DNA of 64,000 bases from an uncultured Christensenella sp. Its GTDB lineage: Bacteria; Bacillota; Clostridia; Christensenellales; UBA1242. The stretch is taken from the NCBI GenBank assembly GCA_964579205.1, contig CAZOFH010000005.1, forward strand, positions 6,870 to 70,869. Reading direction: 5' to 3'. Positions within the stretch are counted from its first letter, which is position 1, and each line of letters opens with the position of its first letter. The notes under the pieces are model-generated. The model ran no database searches and was not told where the DNA came from. It saw only the letters and a program-made list of their open reading frames with translations. The position numbers and the translations under genes are program-made. This document shows positions 34,110 through 45,800 of the stretch, piece after piece.

Positions 34110-34724
34110 TTACTTATCATCAAAGTCGTCGTCATCGTCTTCATCAAAATCATCATCGTAGTCGTCATCATCTTCATCATCGTCATCGTAGTCGTCATCG
34201 TCAAAATCGTCATCGTAGTTAAAGTCGTCTTCAAAATCGTCCTTATAATCGTCGTCTTCCTCATCTTCTGCAAGGTCGTCATCATCCAACTCATCGCTAA
34301 AGTCGACTTCATCATCCAGAGGTATGCCAATATCGAGGTCGTCTAACCCTTCGAGCACGGCGGCATCGCCATTGACATCGATGTCGTTGACCATTTCGCC
34401 CAAGCCGTCATCGTCGTCGGCAAGGTCGTCATCATCTTCATCGTCCCACTTTGCGCCCGTGTCCATATCGTCATCATCGCAAATTTTCTTTTCGCGCTCA
34501 TGCTCTTTGCGGCACGACTCACACATAATCTCTTCTTCATTTATGTAATTAGTCTTACAAATCGGGCAAATGTCAAGGTCAAAATCCATATCCAGATCCA
34601 AATCCTTGTCATCTGAAAATGCTGCTTCCATCTCTTTTTTGCAAACACTACAAAATTTGTCATTCACATTGATATAATTGAGTTCGCAACGAGGACAGCG
34701 AATAAACTTGTTATCTGTATCCAA
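34110..34724 (-). CDS. Double zinc-ribbon protein with an extremely acidic (poly-Asp/Glu) C-terminal half
   Basis: 'CPRCELNY..CSVCKK' and 'CPICKTNY..CESCRK' are followed by about 120 residues dominated by D and E. The start is tentatively the TTG at 34724, 8 nt after AGGAG; the track ORF extends to 34745. Confidence 0.55.
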   Translation of the reverse strand: MDTDNKFIRCPRCELNYINVNDKFCSVCKKEMEAAFSDDKDLDLDMDFDLDICPICKTNYINEEEIMCESCRKEHEREKKICDDDDMDTGAKWDDEDDDDLADDDDGLGEMVNDIDVNGDAAVLEGLDDLDIGIPLDDEVDFSDELDDDDLAEDEEDDDYKDDFEDDFNYDDDFDDDDYDDDDEDDDDYDDDFDEDDDDDFDDK

Positions 34725-34835
34725 AATAAATTCTCCTAAAACCAAACTTTCATTTGCATCAGCAAATTTGGTTACTATTATATAGACTAATTTGGAAAAA
34801 GTAAACTATTTTGACACACTTTTTTAAAAAATTTT

Positions 34836-35630
34836 TTAGCACCCCTCGATAATCATTTTGTCAGCGACCAAAGCGATAAATTCTCCATTGGTAGGTTTTT
34901 CATTACTATCATACACTTTCAGCCCAAACACATCGTTGATATTCTCTATTTTTCCCCTATTCCACGCGACTTCGATAGCGTGTCGGATTGCGCGCTCCAC
35001 CTTGCTAGCGCTGGTGTCAAACTTGGCAGCAATATTGGGGTACAATTTTTTGGTAATGCTATTAACAATCTCGGGCTCTTCGATAGCCATCTTGATTGCC
35101 TCTCGCAAGAATTGATATCCTTTAATATGAGCGGGTATTCCGACTGTGATAAAAATATTGCTGATTTTCTCCTCGAGATTGTGGTTTTTGCGCAATTCTT
35201 TTGACCTGCTGCCCAAAATTCTGTCTACTTCGCCCTGCGCGCTCGAATTGTTCTCTACCCCACTCTCGCTCACCGCCAAAATTCTCTCCTTTAACATAGC
35301 CACGTCATACGGCTTGACAATATAGTCGCTAGCGCCTAAGGAGACAGCCTTTTTGACAAAATTTTGATTAGTTAGCGCGGTAGTCACCATTACTTTTGGG
35401 CAGTTGTTTATCCCAGCGATTTCGCCCAAAACCGCCAGCCCGTCTTTGTTGGGCAACACGAGGTCGAGTAGCACAACATCGGGCTCAGCCTTGACGATTT
35501 GGTCGTACGCAGTCGCACCATTGCCGTCAAAATACACCACCTCAAACCTAGTGTCATTCTCAAAACTCTCCCTCACCACATCTTTTGTCTGTTGACTGTC
35601 ATCAATAATTGCCAATTTGATTGCTTGCAT
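34836..35630 (-). CDS. spo0A: Sporulation master regulator Spo0A
   Basis: A receiver domain ('DVVLLDLVLPNKDG') is followed by the Spo0A_C signature 'ITVGIPAHIKGYQFLREAIKMAIEEPEIVNSITKKLYPNIAAKFDTSASKVERAIRHAIEVAW'. Confidence 0.95.
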   Translation of the reverse strand: MQAIKLAIIDDSQQTKDVVRESFENDTRFEVVYFDGNGATAYDQIVKAEPDVVLLDLVLPNKDGLAVLGEIAGINNCPKVMVTTALTNQNFVKKAVSLGASDYIVKPYDVAMLKERILAVSESGVENNSSAQGEVDRILGSRSKELRKNHNLEEKISNIFITVGIPAHIKGYQFLREAIKMAIEEPEIVNSITKKLYPNIAAKFDTSASKVERAIRHAIEVAWNRGKIENINDVFGLKVYDSNEKPTNGEFIALVADKMIIEGC

Positions 35631-35991
35631 AAATCTCTCCTAAAAACTAAAATTTTTCAAAATAATGCGAGAATTTTGGTCTTCGCCCTTATTTGTATAA
35701 AAAGTATAGTTCTATCGACAGAATTTTGCAATTATTCACAATGTACAAAAATGACTAAAATTGTCTATTGTAATCTATTTTTGTACATTTTTGTACATTT
35801 GACAAATAATTCTTTTATTCGTTACGCGTATAATTACCAAATTTTTGCAAAAAATATGGTCAAAAAGTGGCTTTTTACGCAAAAAACTTTGCTTTTAACC
35901 AATTTTTGAGATAAAACTGTCGGCAATGCGTAAATTTTAGTCTTGATTTTCAAAAATTTTACAAAACAAAATAAGTTTGGGAGGCAAATCT

Positions 35992-36318
35992 ATGTTCAAC
36001 CTAATTACATTCCTCATAATGAGCGTCGGCGGCATAAACTGGCTCTGCATCGGGCTGTTTCAATTTGATATTATTGCAGGAATTTTCGGCAGTCAAGCCA
36101 ATTTTGTGAGCCGATTTTTGTATATGATTATCGGTCTGGCGACTGTATGCAGTCTCATCGCCCTGCCTATCAAAAAAGGACGCATCTACGAGCCAAAAGA
36201 ACTACCTAATGCAAAAAAATCGGATAAAAAAGCCGCCCCAGCCTCCCAAAATGAGCAAAAAAATCAAAATCCTACCACAGAGCCTGCCAAAGAGCAACAA
36301 AAAAAGCCGATTAAATAA
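35992..36318 (+). CDS. DUF378-family small membrane protein with a Lys/Gln-rich tail
   Basis: 'GGINWLCIGLFQFDIIAGIFG' is the DUF378 pattern. The ATG at 35992 follows GGGAGG. Confidence 0.7.
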   Translation: MFNLITFLIMSVGGINWLCIGLFQFDIIAGIFGSQANFVSRFLYMIIGLATVCSLIALPIKKGRIYEPKELPNAKKSDKKAAPASQNEQKNQNPTTEPAKEQQKKPIK

Positions 36319-36405
36319 TCGCACTTTTAGATGGATTTTGTGCAAAAATGCACCATTTCCCTCAAGCGATTTTTCAAAATCGACTTTTTTTATTACAAAA
36401 ATCTA

Positions 36406-39093
36406 TCAAAAACCCATTTTGCGGGCAATTTTTTCGCGTTTTTGGTTCTTTATGACTACAACGAGCCAAGTGATTAGCAATCCTAGCAGCACGACAACAC
36501 AGAGAACCACGCAAACAATCAACCCGATATTTATACTTGGTGCTACATATTGCTTAGCCAAAAACTCGTTTTGCAAGTTCGCGAGCCCGACAGTATTCTC
36601 ATAATTTGCCACCCTGCTCGCCACAAAGCACACATCGAGCACGTTATTAGCGTACAAATCGTTGAATGATATTATCACTTTGTTGTCCTCAGCAGTCAAC
36701 TTTTTACCATTCAAAAGACACGAATAAAAGATGTAATCACTGCTCGGAGTAAACTCCAAAATCACACTTTCATCCAGTTTGAGCGGGATAATATCAGTCT
36801 TGACAGCGCCGTTGACTTTAGCCAAAATCGCGCCGTTGTGGTTTACATTGTTGATATACAACACGCGCTCTTGGGCTGCAGAAGTTTGGTTTACGCCCAC
36901 AATAATCATCGTGCCGAATTTATTTGTCTCGATGACCAATTTGCCGTCATTACAGAAAGTCTGCATTTCGGTAATTTTGGTCAAATCAAACTCACCATCG
37001 CTACCTTTTTGACACACAAACGCCCTAAAACTAGCATTGTCGCCGACATTTTGCAATTCAATTTTGAGCATTTTGCCATTCATAAAGGTCACTTCGCCGC
37101 CGCAAAGACTGAGAGCAATATTGTACACGCGAGTCGAATACGTGGTCACACCTTGCATACTCTTTTGCTGCAAAATCGCGGTAACAATCTCTTGCGCATC
37201 GTCAGAATTGAGAGTGCTGCTCACAAAACTTAACTGACTCAGCAGTGCTGGGCTACCGTTTTGAATAGTGCCGGTCGCAGTCTTGTATGTCCAGCCCGAC
37301 AAATCAAAATTGTTGTTTGGGCTGAGCGACAGCCCCCCACTCTCCTGAGTCTTGGCATATTGTGAGACCTCTACATTGAATTTTTGAAATTCCATCGACA
37401 CCAAGTCTGGCGATTTTTTACTCTTGCTGCCGACGAGGTTACTTATTCCGAATGAATAAGTCTGATAATTGTCGTTGAATAGCGCGCTGGCGGTAAAACT
37501 GAAACTTACCGTCTCAGGGGCTTGGGTACTATCCCAAAAAACTTCCGTCACAGGCGCAGCCACAGCGTCACGCGAAGCAGTGACAACCACTTCAATCGGA
37601 GCGGTAGCATTTTCTTTTGCCAAAGGCTCGTCATATTCGATGACGATAGTATATGTTTTGTCGGCGTCCAGCACCTCGGTATTGCTAGGTGCTACCTTTT
37701 TAGCAGTAGGTGCAGGGACAAAAGCGGCGTGACTTTGGTTGACGATTTCATCACCCGTTATCACAAACTGCTCTGCCGACACGGAGTCATATTCTCCAGA
37801 CGCCAAAGGGGCGGTATTGATGACCGCAAATTGCACAACCTCTGCATCCGCAGGCAGGGTTAGCACAGTCGCGGTATCATTTTCGGTAATGAGGGCAGAG
37901 TACCCACCTTCGCTCAAAGTGATTTGAGTAGACAGTGACCCCCAATTACCCCACTCAGACGCAGTCCCGCCGTCCGGCATAGATTTTATCCTAAAAGACA
38001 GGTACTGCCCCTGCGCAGCCAAAGCGGTAGCATTTTTACCCAAATAACTAGCGCTCAGAGTCGCAGTTTGCCCAAAATTGCAACTAACCTCTATCGGCTC
38101 GATGTAGTCGTAATCGGTAACGCTCAGTTTTACTCCCTGCAGAGCGGCGCTTGTTTCGTTAGAAAGGTAGTGCTGGTAGCGCATTTTGTCTTGCCCGACG
38201 AGCAAAAACTCCTCTTTGTCACTAGACAGACTATTTGCGCCGCAGTCAATAGCATACCACGAGTTGCCGAGTTTGACATAGTTCCACATAGCAGGCACAA
38301 AACTTTCGTTTTCGTTGAGAATGTAGCCCTTGACCAGCACATTCTCGATATCCATTGCATTCAGCACGTCTCTCAAAAGTCTAGCGAAGCCCTCATACAC
38401 CGCGGTGCCACCATTGAGCGCGCCGTAATTTGTGGTAATCTGCCCTGCCTTTTGGACATCCACCACGCCGCTTGCGTTTATGCCGTAGCCAAAAGTCGTA
38501 TTGTCCAAAATCAAAGTGTTGGCACGACGAATTTTATCCAAATTGGACTCTTCTGCCTTGGCAGTATTCACCAAAGTTTGCAATTTTGTGTTGTACTCGG
38601 TCTCTGCGGCAGTCACCTCGGTCTGAGACGAAAAGCCGCTAGCATAGTAGTCGCTATTTCTGCCCGTCCCCATAGTGACTACATATTTGTTCTCTCTAAT
38701 GCCGATGCTCAACTCAAATTTTGAAAAATCGACATAAAAAACATTGTACTCCATACAAAAGGCGTGGCACGCCCTCTCAAAATGGCGCAGCAAAGTGTGG
38801 TCGCCGTCGGTATACTTTTGCGCCTGCTCGGCAGTCACCACCCCTTTGTCAATCAGGTCGTATTCTTGATTGCCCAATTTGAGCGACCCCCTGTTGTACA
38901 TATCGACCATTGCATCATAAAATTTCTGCTCATCGCTACTCAACTCTGAGTAATATGCCCTACCATTACTCTCGGTAGCGACGGCGGGCTGATAAAAGGG
39001 TATGCTCACGCACGCAAGCATCAGGAAAAGCACAATTATCGCCAAAACGGTCACACAAATTGACTTTCCCACACTTTTTGCCCCCAAAATCAT
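36406..39093 (-). CDS. Large membrane-anchored surface protein with a transglutaminase-like domain that has lost the catalytic Cys and His
   Basis: It is a paralog of the 48115..51009 gene, with the same N-terminal TM segment, 'FYDAM..GSLKLGNQEYDL' module and C-terminal TM anchor. The core reads 'AVYEGFARL..PAMWNYV..YAIDCG', whereas the paralog reads 'GVCEAYARS..AHMWNFV..YMVDTT'. Start set at the ATG at 39093 after AAGGAGG. Confidence 0.65.
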   Translation of the reverse strand: MILGAKSVGKSICVTVLAIIVLFLMLACVSIPFYQPAVATESNGRAYYSELSSDEQKFYDAMVDMYNRGSLKLGNQEYDLIDKGVVTAEQAQKYTDGDHTLLRHFERACHAFCMEYNVFYVDFSKFELSIGIRENKYVVTMGTGRNSDYYASGFSSQTEVTAAETEYNTKLQTLVNTAKAEESNLDKIRRANTLILDNTTFGYGINASGVVDVQKAGQITTNYGALNGGTAVYEGFARLLRDVLNAMDIENVLVKGYILNENESFVPAMWNYVKLGNSWYAIDCGANSLSSDKEEFLLVGQDKMRYQHYLSNETSAALQGVKLSVTDYDYIEPIEVSCNFGQTATLSASYLGKNATALAAQGQYLSFRIKSMPDGGTASEWGNWGSLSTQITLSEGGYSALITENDTATVLTLPADAEVVQFAVINTAPLASGEYDSVSAEQFVITGDEIVNQSHAAFVPAPTAKKVAPSNTEVLDADKTYTIVIEYDEPLAKENATAPIEVVVTASRDAVAAPVTEVFWDSTQAPETVSFSFTASALFNDNYQTYSFGISNLVGSKSKKSPDLVSMEFQKFNVEVSQYAKTQESGGLSLSPNNNFDLSGWTYKTATGTIQNGSPALLSQLSFVSSTLNSDDAQEIVTAILQQKSMQGVTTYSTRVYNIALSLCGGEVTFMNGKMLKIELQNVGDNASFRAFVCQKGSDGEFDLTKITEMQTFCNDGKLVIETNKFGTMIIVGVNQTSAAQERVLYINNVNHNGAILAKVNGAVKTDIIPLKLDESVILEFTPSSDYIFYSCLLNGKKLTAEDNKVIISFNDLYANNVLDVCFVASRVANYENTVGLANLQNEFLAKQYVAPSINIGLIVCVVLCVVVLLGLLITWLVVVIKNQKREKIARKMGF

Positions 39094-39246
39094 CTCCTTA
39101 GTCCTCCTTATTCGGTCTGTTTCTTTGGTGAGAAATTTTTGCAAATCAATACACCATTCATATGATAACACAAAAATGCAATTTCCGCAAACATTTGCAA
39201 CACAAAACAAAAAAATATCCCTCAAAAATTGAGAGATATTATTTTA

Positions 39247-42200
39247 TTAACCCAAATCGAATGAATCTAGGTCGCCGTCAGGCAAACCGTCGCTAGGGTC
39301 TACGCGGAGTTTCTTTGGCTCAGCAAATTCCTTTGCTGTTTCGTTAGCAATCTCTTGCTTAACTTCCTCAAATACGGTCGGAGTCACAGAATTGTACATC
39401 CTAAGACCTGTACCCGCAGGAATCAACTTACCAATGATGACATTCTCCTTTAGTCCGACTAGGTGGTCAACCTTACCCTTGATTGCGGCATCGGTCAATA
39501 CCCTGCTAGACTCCTGGAATGATGCAGCAGACAAGAAACTGCTGGTAGACAGGCTGGCTTTGGTCAGACCTTGCAAAATCCTCCTAGCGCTGGCAGGTGT
39601 TTTGCCCGCCATAATAGTCTTTAGGTTGATATTCTCTAGATCGTTGATATCCAAAATGTCGCCCGGAATCAAGTCTGTGTCGCCACTAGTCTCGACTCTG
39701 ACGCTGCGAATCATCTGTCTAACAATAATCTCGATGTGTTTTGAATCCAGAGGAACGCTCTGAGACTTGTAAACTGCCAAAACTTCTTTTAGCAAGTACT
39801 CCTGAGCATCTTTGACACCACGAGTACGCAAAATGTCTTGTGGGAAGATGCTACCGTCAGTCAATGGAGTACCCGGCTCGATAACCTGACCTTCGGTCAC
39901 GGCAATCAAACTCTTGGCTGGCAACAAGTACTCAGCGTCGCCGCTAGGAGTGTGAACCTGTACGCACTTACGATTGTTTACATCATAAATGTGCACTTTA
40001 CCACCGACTTCGCTAACGATAGCGGCGTCATTAGGTCTACGAGTCTCAAACAATTCCTCGACACGTGGCAGACCTTGTGTAATATCTTTTGCAGATGCGA
40101 CACCACCAGTGTGGAAGGTACGCATGGTAAGCTGAGTACCCGGCTCACCGATAGACTGAGCGGCGATAATTCCGACAGCCTCACCGACCTCGACCATACC
40201 CGTGCTGACCATATCACGACCATAACACTTTGCACATACACCGTGCTTACACTTACATGTCAGGAGAGTCCTGATAGTCACCTCTTTGATACCTGCAGCC
40301 ACAATCTTGGCAGCAATCGCAGGGGTAACCATTTCGTTTGCTTTGATAATGAGTTCGTTGGTATTTGGGTCGTAAATGTCATCGACAACGACACGCCCCT
40401 TGATCCTACCTTCGAGTGTCTCGATAATGTGGTCGCCACTCTTTAGGTCGCTAACTGTAATACCTTTGGCTGATTCGCCAAGTGAAGCGAAACAGTCCTC
40501 TTCGGTAACGACAACGCCGTGAGCGATATCTACCAACCTACGAGTCAAGTAACCTGCGTCTGCAGTGTGCAATGCCGTATCAGCCAAACCTTTACGACCA
40601 CCACGTGCAGCGATAAAGTACTCGATAGGGCTCAAACCATCGCGGAAACATGACAATACTGGCACATCAATCTTGCTACCAGAAGTCGTAGCCATAATAC
40701 CACGGATACCACAAAGCTGGTTTACCTGATCATCACTACCACGAGCCTTTGACGCAACGATCATCTTTAGACAGTTGAATGTACCCAAGTTGCCTACCAC
40801 GGTAGCCTTGACTTGAGCGGTTGCCTCGTTCCACAACTCGATGTTTTTGTTTACTTTTTCGTCACGAGTAATCAAACCACGCGCGTACAACTTTTCGTTG
40901 CGCTGCGCCTGAGCCTGATGCTCGGTAATAATTTTCTTTTTGTCCTCCGGAATCAACATATCATAAATGTTGATCGTAATAGAACTGAGGGTCGAATGCT
41001 TGTAGCCGAATGCCTTGACTTTGTCTAGCATCTTTGAGGTCTCGGTAGTACCCAAAGCGAAATAAGTTTGGGCAACGATTTCTGCCATTTTACCCTTTGT
41101 AACGGTGTAGTTTACCTCGTATTCAAGGTAATCCTCTGGCTTTTCGCGTTTTACAATACCGATACATTGAGGGATACAACGGTTAAACAAAATCCTACCT
41201 ACAGTAGTAGCCACACGCCCTGTCACCGTCTTGCCATCTACGACAGCAGTACGCCTAACTTGGATAGGTGCCTCTACATGAACATAGCCATTGTGATAAG
41301 CCATAACAGCCTCATCTTCGCTAATGAACATAGACCCAGCGCCCTTTTCGTCAGGATTCTCAATAGTCATATAATAGATACCCAAGATAATATCCTGTTG
41401 AGGCTCTACTACTGGCAGACCTGACGCTGGCTTTAGAATGTTGTTGCTGGCGAGCATCAACACTCTAGCCTCGGTACGCGCCTCGATAGACAGTGGCACG
41501 TGAATAGCCATCGTATCACCGTCAAAGTCCGCGTTGTAACCTTGACAAACGAGTGGGTGAAGTTTTATCGCTCTACCCTCGACCAAAACTGGCTCAAACG
41601 CCTGCAATGACAAGCGGTGCAATGTAGGCGCACGGTCCAAGATGACAGGGTGATCCTTGATGACATCCTCTAGGATATCCCACACCTCTGGACGCTCGTT
41701 CTCTACCATTCTCTTTGCGCTCTTAACATTCTGAGTAAAGTTTAACTCAACCAATTTGCGCATAACAAAAGGCTTGAACAACTCGAGAGCCATTTCTTTT
41801 GGCACACCACATTGATACAACTTTAATTCAGGTCCGACCACGATAACAGAACGACCTGAGTAGTCTACGCGCTTACCCAACAAGTTCTGACGAAAACGAC
41901 CTTGCTTACCTCTGATCATAGCGGTCAATGATTTGAGTTCTCTTTGCTTTGCACCCAAGACAGGCTTACCGCGCTTACCATTGTCGATAAGTGCGTCGAC
42001 AGCCTCTTGGAGCATACGCTTTTCGTTCCTGATGATTACGTCAGGAGCAGCCAAATCAATCAATTTTTTGAGACGGTTGTTTCTGTTGATAACCCTACGA
42101 TACAAATCGTTTAGGTCACTAGCAGCGAACCTACCCCCCTCCAACTGAATCATAGGACGCAATTCAGGTGGCAAAACTGGTAGCACATCGAGAATCATCC

Positions 42201-42876
42201 AACGAGGATTGTTGCCACTCTTTAGGAATGCCTCGACAGTCTCCAACTTTTTGATAGCTTTGAGTTTGCGAGCCCCCTTGGAATTTGCTACAATGTCCTT
42301 GAGTTCCTTGCTCTCTTTCTCGAGGTCAATTTCGGCGAGCAATTCTCTGATTGCCTCACCACCCATACCTACTCTAAAGGCACCAGCGCCGTATTTTTCT
42401 AGCGCGTCGCGGTACTCTTTGTCAGTGATGACCTGCTTTTTCTCAAAGTCAGTATTGCCCGGCTCTAGCACAATATAACTAGCGTAGTACAGCACCTGCT
42501 CGAGGTTTTTGCTAGTCATATCGAGGATGCTACCTACCTTGCTACTACCACCGCGGACGAACCAAATGTGGCTAACAGGGGTCGCAAGTTCAATGTGACC
42601 CATACGCTCTCTACGCACTTTGCTACGGGTAATCTCTACACCACATTTTTCACAGTGGTGCCCCTTGTACCTTACTCGCTTGTACTTTCCACAGTGACAC
42701 TCAAAATCTTTTTTCGGTCCGAAAATGCGCTCACAAAACAAGCCATTAATTTCAGGCTTTAAGGTACGATAATTTATTGTTTCTGGTTTGGTTACCTCAC
42801 CGTGAGACCACTCTCTGATCTTCTCTGGTGAAGCAATACCGATCTTTATAGAATCGAAATTTTTTAATTCAAACAT
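39247..42876 (-). CDS. rpoC: DNA-directed RNA polymerase subunit beta'
   Basis: Zn finger 'CHCGKYKRVRYKGHHCEKCGVE', catalytic 'NADFDGD', and full-length collinearity with bacterial beta'. Confidence 0.98.
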   Translation of the reverse strand: MFELKNFDSIKIGIASPEKIREWSHGEVTKPETINYRTLKPEINGLFCERIFGPKKDFECHCGKYKRVRYKGHHCEKCGVEITRSKVRRERMGHIELATPVSHIWFVRGGSSKVGSILDMTSKNLEQVLYYASYIVLEPGNTDFEKKQVITDKEYRDALEKYGAGAFRVGMGGEAIRELLAEIDLEKESKELKDIVANSKGARKLKAIKKLETVEAFLKSGNNPRWMILDVLPVLPPELRPMIQLEGGRFAASDLNDLYRRVINRNNRLKKLIDLAAPDVIIRNEKRMLQEAVDALIDNGKRGKPVLGAKQRELKSLTAMIRGKQGRFRQNLLGKRVDYSGRSVIVVGPELKLYQCGVPKEMALELFKPFVMRKLVELNFTQNVKSAKRMVENERPEVWDILEDVIKDHPVILDRAPTLHRLSLQAFEPVLVEGRAIKLHPLVCQGYNADFDGDTMAIHVPLSIEARTEARVLMLASNNILKPASGLPVVEPQQDIILGIYYMTIENPDEKGAGSMFISEDEAVMAYHNGYVHVEAPIQVRRTAVVDGKTVTGRVATTVGRILFNRCIPQCIGIVKREKPEDYLEYEVNYTVTKGKMAEIVAQTYFALGTTETSKMLDKVKAFGYKHSTLSSITINIYDMLIPEDKKKIITEHQAQAQRNEKLYARGLITRDEKVNKNIELWNEATAQVKATVVGNLGTFNCLKMIVASKARGSDDQVNQLCGIRGIMATTSGSKIDVPVLSCFRDGLSPIEYFIAARGGRKGLADTALHTADAGYLTRRLVDIAHGVVVTEEDCFASLGESAKGITVSDLKSGDHIIETLEGRIKGRVVVDDIYDPNTNELIIKANEMVTPAIAAKIVAAGIKEVTIRTLLTCKCKHGVCAKCYGRDMVSTGMVEVGEAVGIIAAQSIGEPGTQLTMRTFHTGGVASAKDITQGLPRVEELFETRRPNDAAIVSEVGGKVHIYDVNNRKCVQVHTPSGDAEYLLPAKSLIAVTEGQVIEPGTPLTDGSIFPQDILRTRGVKDAQEYLLKEVLAVYKSQSVPLDSKHIEIIVRQMIRSVRVETSGDTDLIPGDILDINDLENINLKTIMAGKTPASARRILQGLTKASLSTSSFLSAASFQESSRVLTDAAIKGKVDHLVGLKENVIIGKLIPAGTGLRMYNSVTPTVFEEVKQEIANETAKEFAEPKKLRVDPSDGLPDGDLDSFDLG

Positions 42877-42890
42877 TTATCGATACACTC

Positions 42891-45800
42891 CTATTCATCA
42901 AAATCATCATCAAACAGGTTACCAGCATTAAACGCATCTTCGTCATTTTCTATTTGATTAAATTCGCTTTCGCTAATAATATCACTTGACTCGCCTTCGA
43001 TATCGTCAAAGTTGAGTTCGATTTCTTTACGCTCATCGTTGTGCGCTTTTGCCACGCTCGGAATATCAATGTCGTCATTAGTCAGTTCGGTCAATTCAAT
43101 CTCTCTGCTGTCCTCAGTCAAAATCTTGATATCCATACCGAGTGACTGCAACTCTTTGACCAGCACCTTGAATGACTCAGGGATGCCCGGCTCAGAAATT
43201 GGCTGACCTTTGACAATAGACTCGTAGACATTATTTCTACCAGCGATATCGTCTGACTTGATAGTAAGCATCTCTTGCAGCAAGTTGGCTGCACCGTAGC
43301 CCTCCAATGCCCAAACGTCCATCTCTGAGAACCTCTGACCACCAAACATCGCCTGACCACCGAGTGGTTGAGCGGTAACGAGTGCGTAAGGACCGATACT
43401 ACGAGCGTGCATCTTGTTGTCAACCATATGAGTAAGTTTGAGCATATACATATAGCCGACGGTTACTCTGTGGTCAAACGCCTCACCCGTCCTACCGTCG
43501 TAAAGCACCATCTTTGCATCATCGTCAAGGTTGTTCTGACGATACAATTCGCTGATTTGCTGCTCAGTCGCACCGTCGAATACTGGGGTCGCAACTTTCC
43601 AGTCCAGCACTTTGGCTACTCTACCCAAGTGAACCTCGAGCAACTGACCAATGTTCATACGGCTAGGCACACCCAATGGGTTCAAAACGACATCGACTGG
43701 CTGACCATTCGCCATAAATGGCATATCTTCGCTAGGCAAAATCCTAGACACGATACCTTTGTTACCATGACGACCAGACATCTTGTCACCGACAGACAAC
43801 TTTCTCTTTTGAGCAATGTAAACTTTTACCAGCATATTCACGCCAGCCTCGAGTTCGTCCTTGTTTGCTCTGCTGAAAATCTGCACGTCTACGACTACAC
43901 CGGCACGGCCGTGTGGCACGCGCAAACTTGTGTCTCGCACTTCTCTCGACTTTTCACCGAAAATCGCACGCAACAATCTCTCCTCAGGGGTCAACTCGGT
44001 CTCACCTTTTGGAGTAACCTTACCTACCAAAATGTCGCCCGGCCTAACCTCTGCGCCGACACGGATGATACCGTTTTCGTCCAAGTTTTTGAGTGCTTCT
44101 TCGCTCAAATTTGGAATGTCGCGAGTAATCTCTTCGTTACCGAGTTTGGTAGCGCGGCACTTTACATCCTCAACCTTGAGGGTAATCGAGGTATAAATAT
44201 CCTCTTTTACGAGGCGCTCATTAATAAGGATCGCATCCTCGTAGTTGTAACCCTCCCAGTTCATAAACGCAACTAGCATATTCCTACCAAGTGCCAACTC
44301 ACCATTACAAGTAGACAAGCCGTCTGCGATAACATCGCCAGTCTTGACTCTCTCGCCCTCTTTTACGATAGGCTTTTGGTTGAGACAAGTATCCTTGGTA
44401 GTCTTGGCAAACTTGGTGAGTTTCTTTTTGTGGATATTACCCTCATCGTCCATAATGTCGATTTCGCTAGAATCCATATATTTTACCACACCGTCGCAAT
44501 CAGCCAGCACCAGTGCTCCACTATCCCTTGCAGCGCGGTACTCTAGTCCGGTACCTACGATAGGCGCCTCTGTCCTAATGAGTGGCACAGCCTGACGCTG
44601 CATGTTACTACCCAGCAATGCACGAGCAGCATCGTCGTTCTCTAGGAATGGGATACAAGAAGTCGCAACCGAAATCATCTGACGAGGCGAAACATCTACA
44701 TAGTCAATCTCGTCGCTAGAAACCTCGATAACCCTATCCTTGTAACGACAAATAACAGTTTTGTTGATAAAGTGACCTTGTTCATCGAGTGGCTCGACTG
44801 CCTGCGCAATCTTGCACTTTTCCTCGACGTCTGCCATAAGGTATACGACCTCGTTGGTCACCACACCTTTTTGCTTGTCAACTTTTTTGTATGGAGTCTC
44901 CAAGAAACCATACTCATTAATCTTTGAATAAGTAGCCAAAGAGTTTATCAAACCGATTGACTGACCTTCTGGGGTCTCAATCGCACAAATCCTACCATAG
45001 TGAGTGTAGTGGATATCACGGACCTCAGCACCAGCACGGTCTTTGCGCACACCGCGAGGACCGACTGCCGAAACCTTACGCTTTTGAGTGAGTTCACTGA
45101 GTGGGTTGACCTGATCCATACTCTGAGACAGCGGACTGGTCTTCATAAAGTCCATAAACGCCTTAGTCACGTGGCGCGCATTCACTACCGAACTAGGAGT
45201 CGCCTGAGTCAAGTCCTGCCCTTGCATACTCTCACGAGCCAAAGTAGCCATTTTGGCCATACCAGAGTGCATAGCGATGTTTACGAGTTCGCCCACACTA
45301 CTTACACGACGGTTAGCCAAGTGATCGATATTATCAATGCTGCCGATACCCTCAATCAAATCGAGCAAGTAACTAATTGACGCCAAGATATCGTCGATGA
45401 CGATGTGACGATTGATGAGTTCTTCTTGATGCTCGCGCACAATCTCAAGTTTTGCATCCTTGGTCTTTGCATCCTTGGTCAAATCGAGATAAACCGGATA
45501 ATTAATCAATTCATAAATCCCGTAGTCACGAGGATTACACTTGATAATCGAATCGAGAGCCACGCGGTTGTTACCACGCATCAAGTGCTTTTTGCCATTT
45601 GAAAGCAGCACATATACCTCATTGATACCCGCGTTTTGGATCATATTGGCTTGCTCTTGAGTAATCTCGGTACCCTCAGGCAAAACGGTGCCATTGATCA
45701 CCAATTCCTGCCCTAGAGTCAGCCCTGGCAAACGGTTGCACAGGTTCAACTTTTTGTTGAATTTATAACGACCGACTTTTGCCAAGTCGTATCTAAGGTT

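Noticed and set aside
34070-34548. ORFs antisense to or overlapping the acidic-tail gene (34070..34330-, 34324..34548+, 34343..34540-).
   Set aside because: They are products of the GAT/GAC low-complexity tract read in other frames (poly-Met/Thr and poly-Ser) and are not independent genes.
35714-35720. A Spo0A-box-like heptamer TGTCGAT (minus strand) upstream of spo0A.
   Set aside because: It is a single 6/7 match to TGTCGAA in AT-rich DNA and cannot be distinguished from chance without comparative data.
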